Assembly (NCBI RefSeq): GCF_001194135.2
Contig: NC_068989.1
Coordinates: 49,034,817-49,098,816, forward strand
Length of the DNA stretch: 64,000 bases
Direction of reading: 5' to 3'
Source of the DNA: Octopus bimaculoides
Taxonomy: Eukaryota
In this document: positions 26,031-39,258 of the stretch, piece by piece
Layout of the letters: the number at the start of each line of letters is the position of its first letter
Numbering within the stretch: the first letter of the stretch is position 1
Translations under genes and position numbers: made by a program
The notes under the pieces: generated by a model
Told to the model about the DNA's origin: nothing
Database searches by the model: none
Seen by the model: the letters and a program-made list of their open reading frames with translations, nothing else

Positions 26031-26940
26031 GGTTTCAAATTTTTCCACAAGGGCAGCAATTTTGGGGAAGGGGATGAGTCAATTACATCGACCCCAGTGC
26101 TCAAATGGTACTTATTTTATCGACCCTGGAAGGATGTAAGGCAAAGTTGATTTTGGCAGAATTTGAACTCAGAACATAGCAATGGGCGAAATACCGCTAA
26201 GCATTTCATCCAGCGCACTAATAATTCTACCAGCTCGCTAATACTTCTACCAGCTCACCACCTTTATGTTCCTTAATGACAATGGTAATAATAATAATAA
26301 AAGAAGAATAAGAATAATCCTTTCTACTATAGGCACGAGGCCTGAAATTTGTGGGAGGGCGATAGTTGATTACAGCAACCCCAGTACTCAACTGGTACTT
26401 GATTTATTGACCCCGAAAGGATGAAAGGCAAGGTCAACCTCAGCAGAATTTGAACTCAGAATGAAGTGATGGGTGAAATGCCACTAAGCATTTTGCCAAG
26501 CATGCTAACGATGTCGCGAGCTCGCCAATAATAATAATAATACTTTATACTTTATACTATAGACACAAAGCCAACAATTTTGAGGGGAAGGGAAAACAAT
26601 TACATCAACCCATGTGCTCATTTAGTACTTATTTCATTGACCCCAAACAGATGAAAGGCAAAATCAGCCTTGGGAGAATATGAACTCTTCAGCTTGCTGC
26701 CTTAATATTAATTCTTTCTAACCTTGGCACAAGGCCAGAAGTTTTGAGGGGAGGAGGAGTAAATTACTTTGATCCCCACCTCCCCCAGACTGAACTGGTA
26801 CTTATTTTGTCAACCTTGAAAAGATGAAAAGCAAAGTCAACCTTGGCAGAATTTGAACTCAGAATGCAAAATGATGAAAGAAATAGCACTGTGAATTTTT
26901 GTCTTATGTGCTAACAATTCTGTCAACTTTATTGCCTTAA
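26031..26940 (-). mobile_element. Array of four head-to-tail SINE family F copies
   Basis: Copies at about 26031-26263, 26318-26528, 26555-26704 and 26712-26940; the first three are separated by short (AAT)n-rich spacers. Confidence 0.9.
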
Positions 26941-27460
26941 TAACAATAACAGCAGCAGCAACAACAAGAATAATAATGACAATATCTTTGATGTGAACTG
27001 AAAGTAAATCAGATAGAGAAATATTGACTAAAATATGCCTTTGAATGAGGCAGTAAGATATTGAGTTAAATGTGACAAGACAAAATTAGATATTGCAGAT
27101 AAAATAATCTAAGAAATAGACATTAGAGAGATATACCTGCATGGTTAAAAGACACCATTATCATCATCATAATGACAATGTTGATGATGATGACGATTGA
27201 GAATTAATTTTTATTGAGTAATACCAGCTGTTTGCTATTCTCCTTGCACAGTATTGTTAGTGAAGCTAATGGTAACAATGGCAATGGTGGTGACGCTGGT
27301 AGAGTTGATCAATATCACTGACAAAGAGCCAACATTCTTCTGTAACTTATTCATATTTAACATTAAATTCTAGCAGACATTTTATATTTGATGCAGTAAA
27401 TGAAAAAAGACATCCAGCAAACACTGTAATGGCAAAATATCTTAAGCATAAATTTTGCAT

Positions 27461-27497
<37 letters not shown>

Positions 27498-27849
27498 TAG
27501 GATTTCAGAGGGTCTTGTATTCCCTTTACTCAGACACTCTAACACACCTTGTGTGCCCACCTGCCAATTCCACACTAACAACTATAACTTTCCTTCCTTC
27601 CTTCTTCCCAGGATATCAACCCTCTGAAATCTACCTGCTCGTGTCTTGCTTGCAGGTATTCACCAGTAGAAATTTAAATGGAACAGGAACCCTTTTGTTA
27701 TCATATTTCTGTTGAAATACATTGCCTTTGCTTCAATTAATAAGGAAAATTAGAAAGAATTTAAGGGAAAAAACCCCTGGTGTTTAGAACATAAATTAAA
27801 CAAGGAATTCTGATGGAAACTTTCAGTTTATATCAGTTTAAAAGATTCA

Positions 27850-28123
27850 TTAAATCCTTTAGTATTCATATTATTGTGTCAAATACAATGCGTATTGTTT
27901 TCACATTGTTTAGAATTAATCATGCATTATCTTGTAACCTCGAGATTTCAATGATGTAACTGCTTATTTTTAAAATGACATTGTAAAGTAGGTGTTAGAG
28001 GCTGGATTTGGCCAGTTTAAACCTGAAAGAAGTAGGATATTTTGACTGCATATGGCTGGTTTAAACCTAAAACATGTAGAATATTTTGGCTGGATAAGGC
28101 CAGTTTAAATGCTAACGAGTTAA
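27850..28123. mobile_element. piggyBac-type MITE with internal tandem duplication
   Basis: Reverse-orientation match to 33454-33668; the GCTGGxT..GGCCAGTTTAAA segment is repeated. Confidence 0.7.
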
Positions 28124-29739
28124 ATTTTTGTAGCATAGAACCAAAAGTGGTCTCAGACAGATTGGTTAATGGCATCAAACTCACTGGTCTTTGAGGGAGA
28201 CATTGCCTCCTCTTTCAAACTCAGCAAGTAAAATAAATAAATAAACAAGCAAATGAATAAAATAAAAAATAAATAAAAAATATATAATAAAATTAAATTG
28301 GTAAATTTTGACCAACTGATATTGTTCAAGTAAATATTTTACTATGAACGTATAAAATCTAGATACAACAAGCATGGGAAATCACTAACATTGGTTCATC
28401 AAATTTCTTTTTGACAATGTAGACAACGAAGTTTTGAGTGGATCTGGTCATTAAAATTGGTGAAAGTAATGGAACTGTTTCAGTATTAAACCCTCCTCAG
28501 CAAAGCTTTGAAACACATTGGCTGCTTTTCACCAGTTAGCTTCAAAGGCCAAATTTACTCCAATGTGCATAGTCTACATTGTCCAGGATTTTTGAATAAC
28601 AGCCCTCAGTAGAGTGATCAATCATTCTTGCTTTTAGATTTTATATATTCCTGGAAAGAGTTTTTGTCTATGAATTGCTTCAATAATCTCAGTTGTTTGA
28701 AGTATTTCAACCCACTACAATTACATATGCGAAACCCTATCTTAACATTAAGGGCATACTTGATAGCATGAACAAAAGCATCTACTTGGAAAGCATCTAC
28801 TTGGCTCAGTTATCTCATTGTCTATACTGTCTCTTGCCACCATGGCTGATCTGTTTTGGTTTGTCAATTAAATTAATGAAAACTTTCTCCAAATACTTTG
28901 ACATTGAACTATTTCAGATCCTCATCAATAGCTTTCTCTGCAGTTAAACATCTAATTATTTCTTTAATATATCTATTGATTCAATCTGAAATTCAATTTA
29001 TTCGTCTAAGTAACATGTTATTAATACTTCACCAAATCTCAATTTAATTCTGTAAAGAATCTATTCTTCACTCCAGAGATAGGTAAATAGGTGAAGCAAA
29101 GCTGACCATCAGTAAGCTACTGATGATGATGAAAATAATGGTGGTGAAGTGGATGAAGATGATTGTATATTTCCAAGTTCAAATTCAACAGTTTTTCAAT
29201 CATAGAAATCATCATTATCATCACCAATAGACTTCTTTTTTTTTTTAATTATCAATAGGAATCTTCATTAATATCATCATTATTATCATTATTATTATTA
29301 TTTCAATGTCCACTTTTCCGTGCTTGTAAAGGTCACATGAAATTTGTTGAGGCAAATTTTCTGTGACCAGACATGCTTTCTGTCACCAAACCTCACCTAT
29401 TACCAAGAAAGGCAATAGTTTCCTAAATGCAATGGCCAGATATGTGTGTATGGAAGATTGTAAACAAATGACACCATTTGCATAAACAGCGACTTTATTT
29501 TCAATCAGTGCGTTAATATCAAGATAAGGGGAAGACACACATACACACATGCATGCAATGGGTATTTTACAGAATCTGCTTAACAATTCACTTACATAGC
29601 ATCAGTCAGCCCAAGGCCATGGTAGAAAGCACCAGTTGGCTGTGTCACACAATGAGAATAAATCCTAAATAACAGGATTCCAATACAAATGTCTGAAACA
29701 CATGATCATGCCTGTACTTATAAATATAGCTCAGTAAAT

Positions 29740-29842
29740 ATTGGTTTCAAATGTTGGCACAAGGCCAGCAATTCAGAGGAAGGGGATAAGTTGATCACAT
29801 TAACCCCAGTACCCGTCTGGGTATTTTTCGATGTTGTTGTTG

Positions 29843-29874
<32 letters not shown>

Positions 29875-30285
29875 GTTGTTCAGGTCACTGCTTGGAATCA
29901 AACTCAGAATCTTGGGGTTAGTAGCCCATGCTCTTAACCACAAGATTCTGAGTTTGATTCCAAGCAGTGACCCGAACAATAATAATAATAATAATAACAA
30001 CAACATCGAAAAATACCTTAGGAATGAGAACCCAGGTTCAAAATTTCCCCCAAGACACCTGAAGAAGGCTGTAGGGTATATCAGCCGAAACAAATATCCA
30101 TCGAATGTAAATAATGTACATAATTCCTCATCTCTTAAATATAGAATTGTATGGTGCATATTTTATTGACCCTAAAAGGATGAAAGACAAATTTGACCTC
30201 ATCGGAATTCAAATTCAGAATGTAAAAACTGATAAAATGCTGCTGAGCATTTTGCTCGATATGCTAATGATTCTGTGGTGCCATG
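29740..30285 (-). mobile_element. SINE family F copy split by the insertion at 29820-30150
   Basis: Family F alignment stops at ACCCCAGTACCCGTCTG (29819) and resumes at GGTGCATATTTTATTGACCC (about 30153). Confidence 0.8.
29820..30150 (+). mobile_element. Short tRNA-related element with inverted 5' duplication and hammerhead core
   Basis: Inverted repeat 29820-29920 / 29935-30017 with a 14-nt spacer; B-box-like GAGTTTGATTCC; CTGAAGA-A-GGCTG(loop)CAGCC-GAAAC at 30059-30091. Confidence 0.75.
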
Positions 30286-30944
30286 AAGCAGAAGTCCTCA
30301 AACATTTTAACATGACAGACATCACATGAATTAGTTTATGAATGGACACAAAAACATAAATAATTTAATTCTTCTCTTCTATTTCTAAATATTTAAACCA
30401 ACATAAAATATCTATGTAGGCAACATGTTTGTCTGTGAGCTACAGGTATAACACTATTGCTGAAAAGATGTTTACTCCAGCCTGTCCTCAACAGATTTTC
30501 TCCATCGATGAATTTTTATTTAAATGGAGGTGAAAATTCAGATTTTCAGTAAAATCCAAGTTTAGAATTCAGACCAAGTTAGTTTGCTAAGAAATTCAAG
30601 TTTTACAGCTAACTAACGTTAAGACTATTTTACTTTGGTCAATTGATTTTTGTAAAAGAGCATGATAGTTTATTGAATTGACACTAGTGTATTATTAGTC
30701 GTTAATTATAATACTGACCTCAAAGGAATGAAAGACAATGCTGCGTTTTGCATGGGTCATACCCAAATAATGAAAAGAGAAAACTAAACACTTTTTTGGT
30801 ACATTATTGGTTCAGCCACAGTCATGCGCTTAATAACAAATGTAATGCAAATGGGTTTTAATATTTTGATGATGATAATGTATTACCATACTGTAAAAAA
30901 ATTAAATAAATAAATAGATTGAGGATAGCTCTTTGAATCAACTT

Positions 30945-31065
30945 ATTCTTTGTAAGCAAAGTACTTATTCTATTGGTCTCTTTTACCAAACCACTAAGTT
31001 ACAGGGACATAAACACATCAGCATCAAGATATGGTAGGGGTGCAAACACACAAATATATACATAC

Positions 31066-31145
<80 letters not shown>

Positions 31146-31275
31146 GATGGGCTTCTTCCATTTTCCGTCTACCTAATTCACTCACAAGGCTTTGGTCAAC
31201 CCAAAGCTATAGTAGAAGACGCCTTCCCAAGGTGCCACACAGTGAGACTGAACCTGGAGCCATGCTTCTTACCAT
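30945..31275 (-). mobile_element. SINE family C/D with central (TA)n
   Basis: Collinear with 40866-41272. Confidence 0.85.
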
Positions 31276-32269
31276 GGTTTGAAACAAAATATTGAAACCA
31301 GGAACCATACCAATTCTTTGAAGTGATAGAGAATTTTGTTTTGTTTTGTGTTTTTATCTACAAAGAGGCAATCATGAGATGTGGTGATGTTCATGCCTTT
31401 AACATAGGCACCAGCAATGTAAGTAAAATAACAACATTAAAGGAGAAAAAGGAACAAAAACAAAAACAAACAATCACCATTACTGACATTGATGAAAGCC
31501 AAACCTGATACTATGGATTAAAACTAAATCCAATCATGAAGAGTTTACATTTAAGTAGACAGTTCTGTCTTAAGTGATTCCTTCTCCCAGAAGCATTAAC
31601 TGAATTTTGGTCTTCAGTAATTGAATCCGACTCAATTGACATTCAAATAATCTGTGTTTTTTTCTTTTCTTTTCCTTTTGAGAGATAAACATTTTCAGAT
31701 TTGAAAATCTTTAGCCAGCCATTATTAGTTAATAGCCCAAATACCAACATCCATTTCAAGTACGTTTCTAGTTCTTAGTTTATCATTGTCTGCTTAGTTC
31801 AGCTTTTCAGAACATGGTTGAAACATTAATCCCAGTTATCATACTTGATGGAATTAGATAAGTAAATGGAAATAACTGTTTATATATATATATATATGGT
31901 TGATGTTATGAAGTAGCAGCAGCAGCAGCAGTAGTAGTAGCAGTAGTACATAAACCATAAACGTGCTCTCAGCATACCACACACACATCCAGTTGCCATG
32001 TTCATTATGAGCTCAAATGATAAAATGCAAATTCCCATCTCTTCAAAAATACTTTACTGAAATTTCTGCAGTACAAATATGTAGTGTCTGAGATACAGAA
32101 GATTGACTACCACAACTTAGTTTCAAAGTTTCTTGGGTCAGTTCTGTTTAATGTAGATGTAATTGTTGAGTTGCACAGATCAGTTCCTTTTACGTAGACA
32201 GACAGCCAAGATATATTTTGCTAATCAAAGTCTTAGGAACAAGACTCTCATCTAGAACATATGATATTA

Positions 32270-32604
32270 AGATATGTTTCAGGTTCAATTCCAATATGTG
32301 GCACCTTGAGTGTCTTTTGTTATAACATCAAGTCAACCAAAGCCTTGTGAGTGGATTTGGTAGGTGGAAACTGGAAGAAACCTGTTGCGTGTATGTTAGT
32401 GCCTTCTTGACTTGACATTGCATGGTAGTTGTAAACAAGTGTCACCATCATACAAGTGGTGTCTTTGATTTCCAGTTGTCCATAAAAACATGTCTGGTCT
32501 TGGGGATTCATTCCCTTGCTTGAAAACAAGTGAGGATTAGCAACTGGAAGGGCATCTGGCCACATAAAATCTACCTTGTCTAATTTTGTCTGACCAGTAC
32601 AGGT

Positions 32605-32691
<87 letters not shown>
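32270..32691 (+). mobile_element. SINE: family C head joined to alternative 3' module H, ending in about 28 x (GAT)
   Basis: Head GGTTCAATTCC..GGCACCTTGAG..AAAGCCTTGTGAGTGGATTTGGTAG; tail related, in reverse, to 29295-29590. Confidence 0.75.
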
Positions 32692-32693
<2 letters not shown>

Positions 32694-33453
32694 TGTCTGG
32701 CAAGCTAGTTTGTGCTAAACTCAGTGTAGTATGTAGCCATTGCTATCCCATCTTTCAGATGTATATTTTATTCAGATACAGAAGAAATCTTAATGCAGGT
32801 AGTGACCACATCAATACTCCATTGTTGATTTGACATCATGCTCTAAATGTATGATTTGGCATTTCATACACTGCCTAACTCACTCTTTATTAAAAAATAC
32901 GTGGATGACAGAAAATTAATTTCCTATCTGTCATTATCAAAATTACTTATAAAGATTTTTACAACCTGTTTACCATACTAAGAAAATTGTCTTTTTCCTG
33001 CATTGATTTAGTGGTATGTCAAAGTATTTTAATGTTACTTAACTGTAGTTGAAATAAAATTAAAGAAAAAAATTTGTATTTTTTCTTTTATTAGTTTCTT
33101 AGATGTCAATTCTAATGTTATGTAATTTTAGTTGGAAAAAATTATTTGAACAAAAATCAATTTTAACACTTTATTACATTAACCAAAAACAATTAAACAA
33201 TATCAAAACACTTTGGTGAAATAACAAATAACTAGTGTTTAGAACATAAGCAGAATAGCCTAGATTAAAACCTTCCATCAAAATTACATGTTAATTTATA
33301 TTCCACACACCATCTTAATAATGACAAAGTCATTTTACTAGATTCTTGATTATTTTCAAACTTAATCAAAACAAATGCATTGTTTTACAACAGAAATATG
33401 GTAAAAAGGGTTACAGTTAAATAGTAGTAGCTAGGGAAGACCATTTATTTTAA

Positions 33454-33668
33454 CCCTTTAGTATTTGAACTGACCATATCCAGCTAAGATATTCCACCTG
33501 TTTTATCTTCAAACTGGCCAGATCTAGCCTCTTACATCTAACCTGTCATTTTAAAAATAAACAACCACATCACTGTAATTTTAAAGCTATGAGACAGTGA
33601 ATGATTAACTTAAAACAATGCGAATAAATAAGCATTAAATTTAACAAAATAATCTGAATGTTAAAGGG
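33454..33668. mobile_element. piggyBac-type MITE, complete
   Basis: TTAA-CCCTTTAGTATT ... AATGTTAAAGGG-TTAA: TTAA duplication and CCC/GGG termini. Confidence 0.9.
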
Positions 33669-33744
33669 TTAAAGCTAACAACTTACAATTTACACTGCTG
33701 ACAAAATGGGAATCAACAAAATTGGGTTTCAAACTATTGTTACT

Positions 33745-33791
<47 letters not shown>

Positions 33792-36021
33792 CACAGCACA
33801 AAAGAAAAAGAAAATTGAGAGAAAAGAAAACCCTGTACTATTGCTAGTCTATTTGGAAACTTAGATTACAGAGAGCGAAATATATCAAAACTCCCACCAA
33901 CACACAAATATATACGGAGAAGTACTCCAATAGAATATTTACTTTGTATTCTTGCATTCTGATAAATGACTTGTAGTTTCCACTTAAATGAATGTTCTTT
34001 TATGATTATCTTACCAGTATTCACTATTTCAATCATCTTCAAGTCAATCAGCTCAAAAAGCTCACTTCAGTCAGAGAAATTAAGACATCTACTTGACAGT
34101 AATTTAAGCATCGTTAAACATATTGGAAATTCTCAAACAACAATCTAACAGACTTATTGGATATTCCAAGACTCACTGAAATAAACTTTCTTCTCATATC
34201 ATCAATCAAAAACAATATGTGAATGATAAACTCAAATTTCTATTTCATTTTCTTTTCCTTCTTTAATCAGTATTTAAGGAAGTGAACAATTTAATAATGC
34301 TTGTAAATTTCAAAACTTTTAGCTTATTTTTATAATTTCTCATACTATGAAAACCATATTGACATTTATTAATATAAGAAACTAAGGAAAAGGTTACAAG
34401 TGAGTCAAATGCTCAGCAATTTACAATGGCATATATGCTGAAAAAAAAACAATTTTGAATGCCAAGGGAATTGAAGGAATGTGTGACTAAAATAACTTAT
34501 CTACATTGATTCTGCTTTCCAAGACATTTACAAGTATAATTAGATAAGACTGTGACAAAATCAATAATTGCTAGTATCTAATTTTACACTGTATTCAAAT
34601 ACTGAGATGAAAATAATTTGGTCTTTCTTTCCCCCAAAGACCCATGCAATAAGTACCAGTGGTATATACTATTTCCAAGATAATCAATATCATATACTAT
34701 TGCAATCACCAAAAACACAAAATATTTTTTATCTTAATGAAAGCAATTCTTTATCATTATTATTATTACAGATGCACATATTGAAAACTAAAATTTAAAA
34801 AAAGAACAGGAAATTAAAGCTAGCAAGTTAATGAGATATGTAAACAATTGGGAATAAAAACGAACATTGCTTTATACTGAGACTATCATCATTAATTATC
34901 ATTATTTTACAATAACAGCATGGGTGGGACACTTTTGCATACAATATATCTCTAACAGTCTTGAACTCATCTATAACTACTTGCCATTAATATTACTGAT
35001 TTCTTTTGTCAAAGAAGAGGTAAGAAGGAGATATTGTAGTTCATTAAATCCACCCAAATATATTATTCCTGGTCAATTAAATTTACCCACCATGGTCTAT
35101 TTCTTTACAAATGTCATTAATTCTATTGATGTGAAGTGAAAGAATGTTAAAAACTTTGCACCTGAATTTTCACAGGTGTGAATCTCAATGTCCTTAAAAT
35201 CCAAAGTGAGCTTCTAGGTGTCAGTAAATTTGAATACTGAGAGGAGTGGTTAAAAGTCTGATGTTTCAGACACAGGTCCTTCAATAGAGTGTGCTACAGA
35301 CGTTTGGTCAAGAAGTTCACTTTCTGACCATGTGGTTCAGTGTCACTACACCACACCTTAGACAAGTGTCTTCTACTAAAGCCTTATGTTTGGATGTGAT
35401 AGACAGAAACTGGGAAAAGCACATCACTCATGTGTGTGTGTGTGATGATAGAGAACGAAGATTTCATACATAGAAGATGCATAAGACTAAGTTTGACTGA
35501 AAGCATTTGCAAATGCTAGGGAAGTTTCATAAAGGTAATCAATAACCTCTGTTGCCTAGGTGACCAAATTAAAAGTGAAAGTAGGTGCTATAAAAACATA
35601 ATGATCAGAGTAAGAATGAAGTTGAAAATGTTTAGGGAACCATTATCTCTGCTGACAACAGATATATTTGGGCATTTTTAAGATATATTTTATAAAAGTG
35701 GCACAAAAATTTGTGAGATGCCAAGCTGAAAATATACCCGTCTAATCCAAGTAAGAATAGAGATTAACATTATACTTTAATTATTTACTTAAATATATTT
35801 TAAGTTTATGTTTATCTGAAGATTAAATGAAATTAGAAAGTATTATTTACTCAGATTGAGTAAACGGTAGATTGTATGAGGTTTGCACAAAGAGTGATGC
35901 TGCTTGACAGTAATGTGCACTGAATGAAGAGTATGTGTGAAGGATGTGCAAACAAAGGGCATCAGATGCAAAAGATGTAATGTGCATCCAACAGTTATAG
36001 GCACAAGTGTGACTGTGTAGT

Positions 36022-36168
36022 AAGATGTTTGCTTCCCAACCACATGGTTCTGGGTTCAGTCCTACTGCATGCCACATTGGGAAAGTGTCATCTACTATAG
36101 TCTTGAGCCAACCAAAGCCTTGTGAGTGGAGTTGATAGATGGAAACGGAAAGATGTTGTGTGTGTATG

Positions 36169-36246
<78 letters not shown>

Positions 36247-36632
36247 CTGGCACCTGTGCTGGTGGCATGTAAAAGCATCCATTACACTCTTGGAGTGGTT
36301 GGCATTAGGAAAGGCATCTAGCTGTAGACGCCATGCCAAATCAGACTGGAGTTTGGTGCAGCCTCTCAGCTTGCCAGCCCTGGTAAAACCGTCCAACCCA
36401 TACCAGCATGGACAATGGACATCAAATGATGATGGTGATGATATATATATGTTTATATTTAATAAATGTCTGTATGTCTTTGTATCTTTGTAGCTGAAAC
36501 TTAGCAAGAGAGATCAACAGAATAAATATCAGGCTTAAGGGAAAAAAATGTACTGTGGTCAATTTATTTGACAAAAATTTCTTCAGGGTAGTGCCCCAGC
36601 ATGGCCACAGTCTAATGGCTGAAACAAGTAAA
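36022..36632 (+). mobile_element. Composite SINE: C head, (TA)n, module E, then D tail
   Basis: Head 36022-36160, (TA)n 36175-36243, module E 36245-36440, D tail 36492-36632 ending CAGCATGGCCACAGTCTAATGGCTGAAAC. Confidence 0.8.
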
Positions 36633-37161
36633 AAATGACAGCTGAGAAGAAAAAAAAAAAACTAAGCAAAAATGCCCGAACAGATGTGTAATGTTAATGC
36701 ATATGAATAACAGTACAAAAAAATGAGGTGAAAGAAGAACTGGATATATGAGGAATCAGTTCGGGGACAACACTGGTGTGGACAAATGATGCATGTGGAA
36801 GTACAAGCAATCAAAGAGGGAGGAGCCTGCAGGAGAAGGGGAGAGAGAAATATGGGAAGAAGAGATAAAGATAGTACAAGTGGTGGGGTGGCAAGCAGGA
36901 AACATAACTGCCTAACTCATGTAAATAAAGATAAAGGGATCTACTACTACTACTACTACTACAATGATGATGATGATAATGATGATGACGATGACGACAA
37001 CATTGACAGTGATGTGTCAATAACTGTACCAACACAAAAAAAAAAAAAAAAAAAACAGCTGAAGTATCCAAGCGGTTGTATACTTGATTCTAAGACTGGT
37101 TTCAAAGGTTACTTAGTTTGACTAATTTCAGGTGTCAATGTCATATGCATATCTTTGTTAC

Positions 37162-37200
37162 CTTCTTTGATGTGTACTTGATACTGTTGAGTCTCTTTAT
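37162..37200 (-). CDS. Candidate 39-nt exon (IKRLNSIKYTSKK or DKETQQYQVHIKE)
   Basis: Acceptor GGTTTTATTTTTAAG, donor AAG/GTAACA, length divisible by 3, two open frames. Such motifs are common in AT-rich DNA. Confidence 0.15.
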
Positions 37201-38519
37201 CTTAAAAATAAAACCACACCCACTCACTCCCAGTTGATTGGTGAAGTGAGAAGAGATGTACTTAAATGTAAAGTATCAGTTGCAACTGAAATACAGTATT
37301 CAAACATGATATATTTCAAAGTAGAGTGTTATCTGAAGGCTACAACAAAGTGATATAGATAATAAATTTTGAAAAATTGAAAGCAACGATGATGTTAGTG
37401 TGTTACCTATTATTTTTTTTATCTGTTGTAATATTCCAGGAGTAAAATCCCTTTGTCAGAAGACTATAGTGAGGAGACGTGTGTCTCTTATAGGGTCACC
37501 ATCCTGCTTTCCTTGTTTGTAAGTCGTGTTCTATATATGATTGCTGGAAATAGTACAAGGATGACATTGTATGTGGATTGTTATATGTGAATTGTTGTGT
37601 GTGCATACATACTTCTGTCCTATATTGTAAGCTTTTGTATATGCTTCTGTGTTAAAATTATTTAAATATATTTTATTTAAGCCATTGATAAAGTCTTTAC
37701 AGCTGATTGATTAAGAAATAAAACCAGCCAACAGTAAAATCACAAGTTACCAATAATTTATATACAAATGCTTAAATTGGTATATGCAACTAAATCTCTG
37801 GAAACTATTTTATATATCATGCATTAACAATATTTAACAGAATCATTCTGTTTCTTTTCTGATTTAATATTATGGTACTGAAAAATAATTACATTTTTCA
37901 TTTAATATATTTAATGTAACCGAATATTTGAACCAAATAACCGCCAACTGGGAGAGGGGTACAATATGCAGTATATCCTATTATCAAATTTTTAATTTAT
38001 ATAAAGTGTCATGATGCAACATTTAAATCACAAAAATAAAACAAGGATGATATATTTGAATTTATTATTGTTTTATTTTGCTTTTATCTGACGCTTATCT
38101 TTATTTGCATAAACTGAAGATGCAACAATTTTATAAAATAATGTAATTTCTTAATTATGAAAACTACGAAATATCCATCTTTATAGATTTATGATGAGTG
38201 AAAAAGTGAAACATGAGATTAATTATTATTTTATAAAAATATTTTTTCCAGCTAAGTGCAGGGACAAATTGTGTACATGGCAAAGATCCAAATATAATGC
38301 AACAGCTATGAAGGAATTTTCTGCAAAGTGAAACACGGTTCAATTTAATTCCCATCCGTAATACCTAACAGTAGAGTAGGCCTATGGCCTGTAAATCCAG
38401 AAGTTTTCTTCTGTTTGTTTTATAGACAGGTCCATCATCAATTCTCCTGCTTACCAGGTATGATGCAAAGTCACTTTTCCTAACCAAGTGCACTAGAGCA
38501 ACATGAAAATAATAATGAA

Positions 38520-38905
38520 GTTATTGTGTATAGTGCTCAGATGCACTACAACTTATCAAAGGTGCTTGAATATTACATAGCATTACGTACAAATGTCAGG
38601 AAAGTGAACAGTGTATGAGTCATGATATACTTGTGTGCATGCATATGGAGGAGGAGATATCAAGTGTAGTGTTGGCAAATTTCAGGAAGCATGGAGGTTC
38701 TAAAGGATGCAATGTCTTGGTAGCTAACAACTGATGCAGATAGTTTGTTCCATACTTCAGCAACTCTGTGTAAAAAAATGTTTCTGAAAGTCATGGAAGC
38801 TGTGCTGTTTCCTGACTTTGCAGGCATGCCCGCATGTATTAAGACACATGGAATTCAGAAAGGTGCTCAAGGTTGTTGTTGGCACAATGGTTAATAATTT
38901 TGAAG
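38520..38905 (-). mobile_element. CR1-type LINE 3' end
   Basis: Minus strand translates NTCGHACKVRKQHSFHDFQKHFFTQRVAEVWNKLSASVVSYQDIASFRTSM, the CR1/L2 ORF2 C-terminal motif TRGH..K....FFS.RV...WN.LP..VV....FK. Confidence 0.8.
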
Positions 38906-39035
38906 TATTTTGTTCAAGAATATAAGGCATTGGCCAGTCGAAGAATCATAATCACAACCTTATGATCATGAGTTCAATACCTGAACCATTAAACCATGCA
39001 CCTCTACAACTCAAATCAGAAAAGGACTAAATTAA

Positions 39036-39258
39036 CCCTTTAGCATTTGGATTACTCTGTCAAATGTAATATGTGTGTCCATTCACATTGTTTTGAAATG
39101 GTAATACATTATCTTGTAGCCTTGATATTTTGATGATGTGATTGTTTATTTTCAGAATGGCATTGTTGGGTATGCATGAGAGGCCAAATCTGGCGAGTTT
39201 GAACATAAAACAATGTAAATTATTTTGGTTGGATATGATTAGTTTAAATGCTAAAGGG
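39036..39258. mobile_element. piggyBac-type MITE, complete
   Basis: TTAA-CCCTTTAGCATT ... AATGCTAAAGGG-TTAA. Confidence 0.9.

Noticed and set aside
29890-29970. Possible tRNA gene
   Set aside because: There is no acceptor stem and the D and T arms are broken; it is a tRNA-derived element head.
32320-32703. Poly-histidine ORF
   Set aside because: It is the (GAT)n tail of a SINE read on the minus strand.
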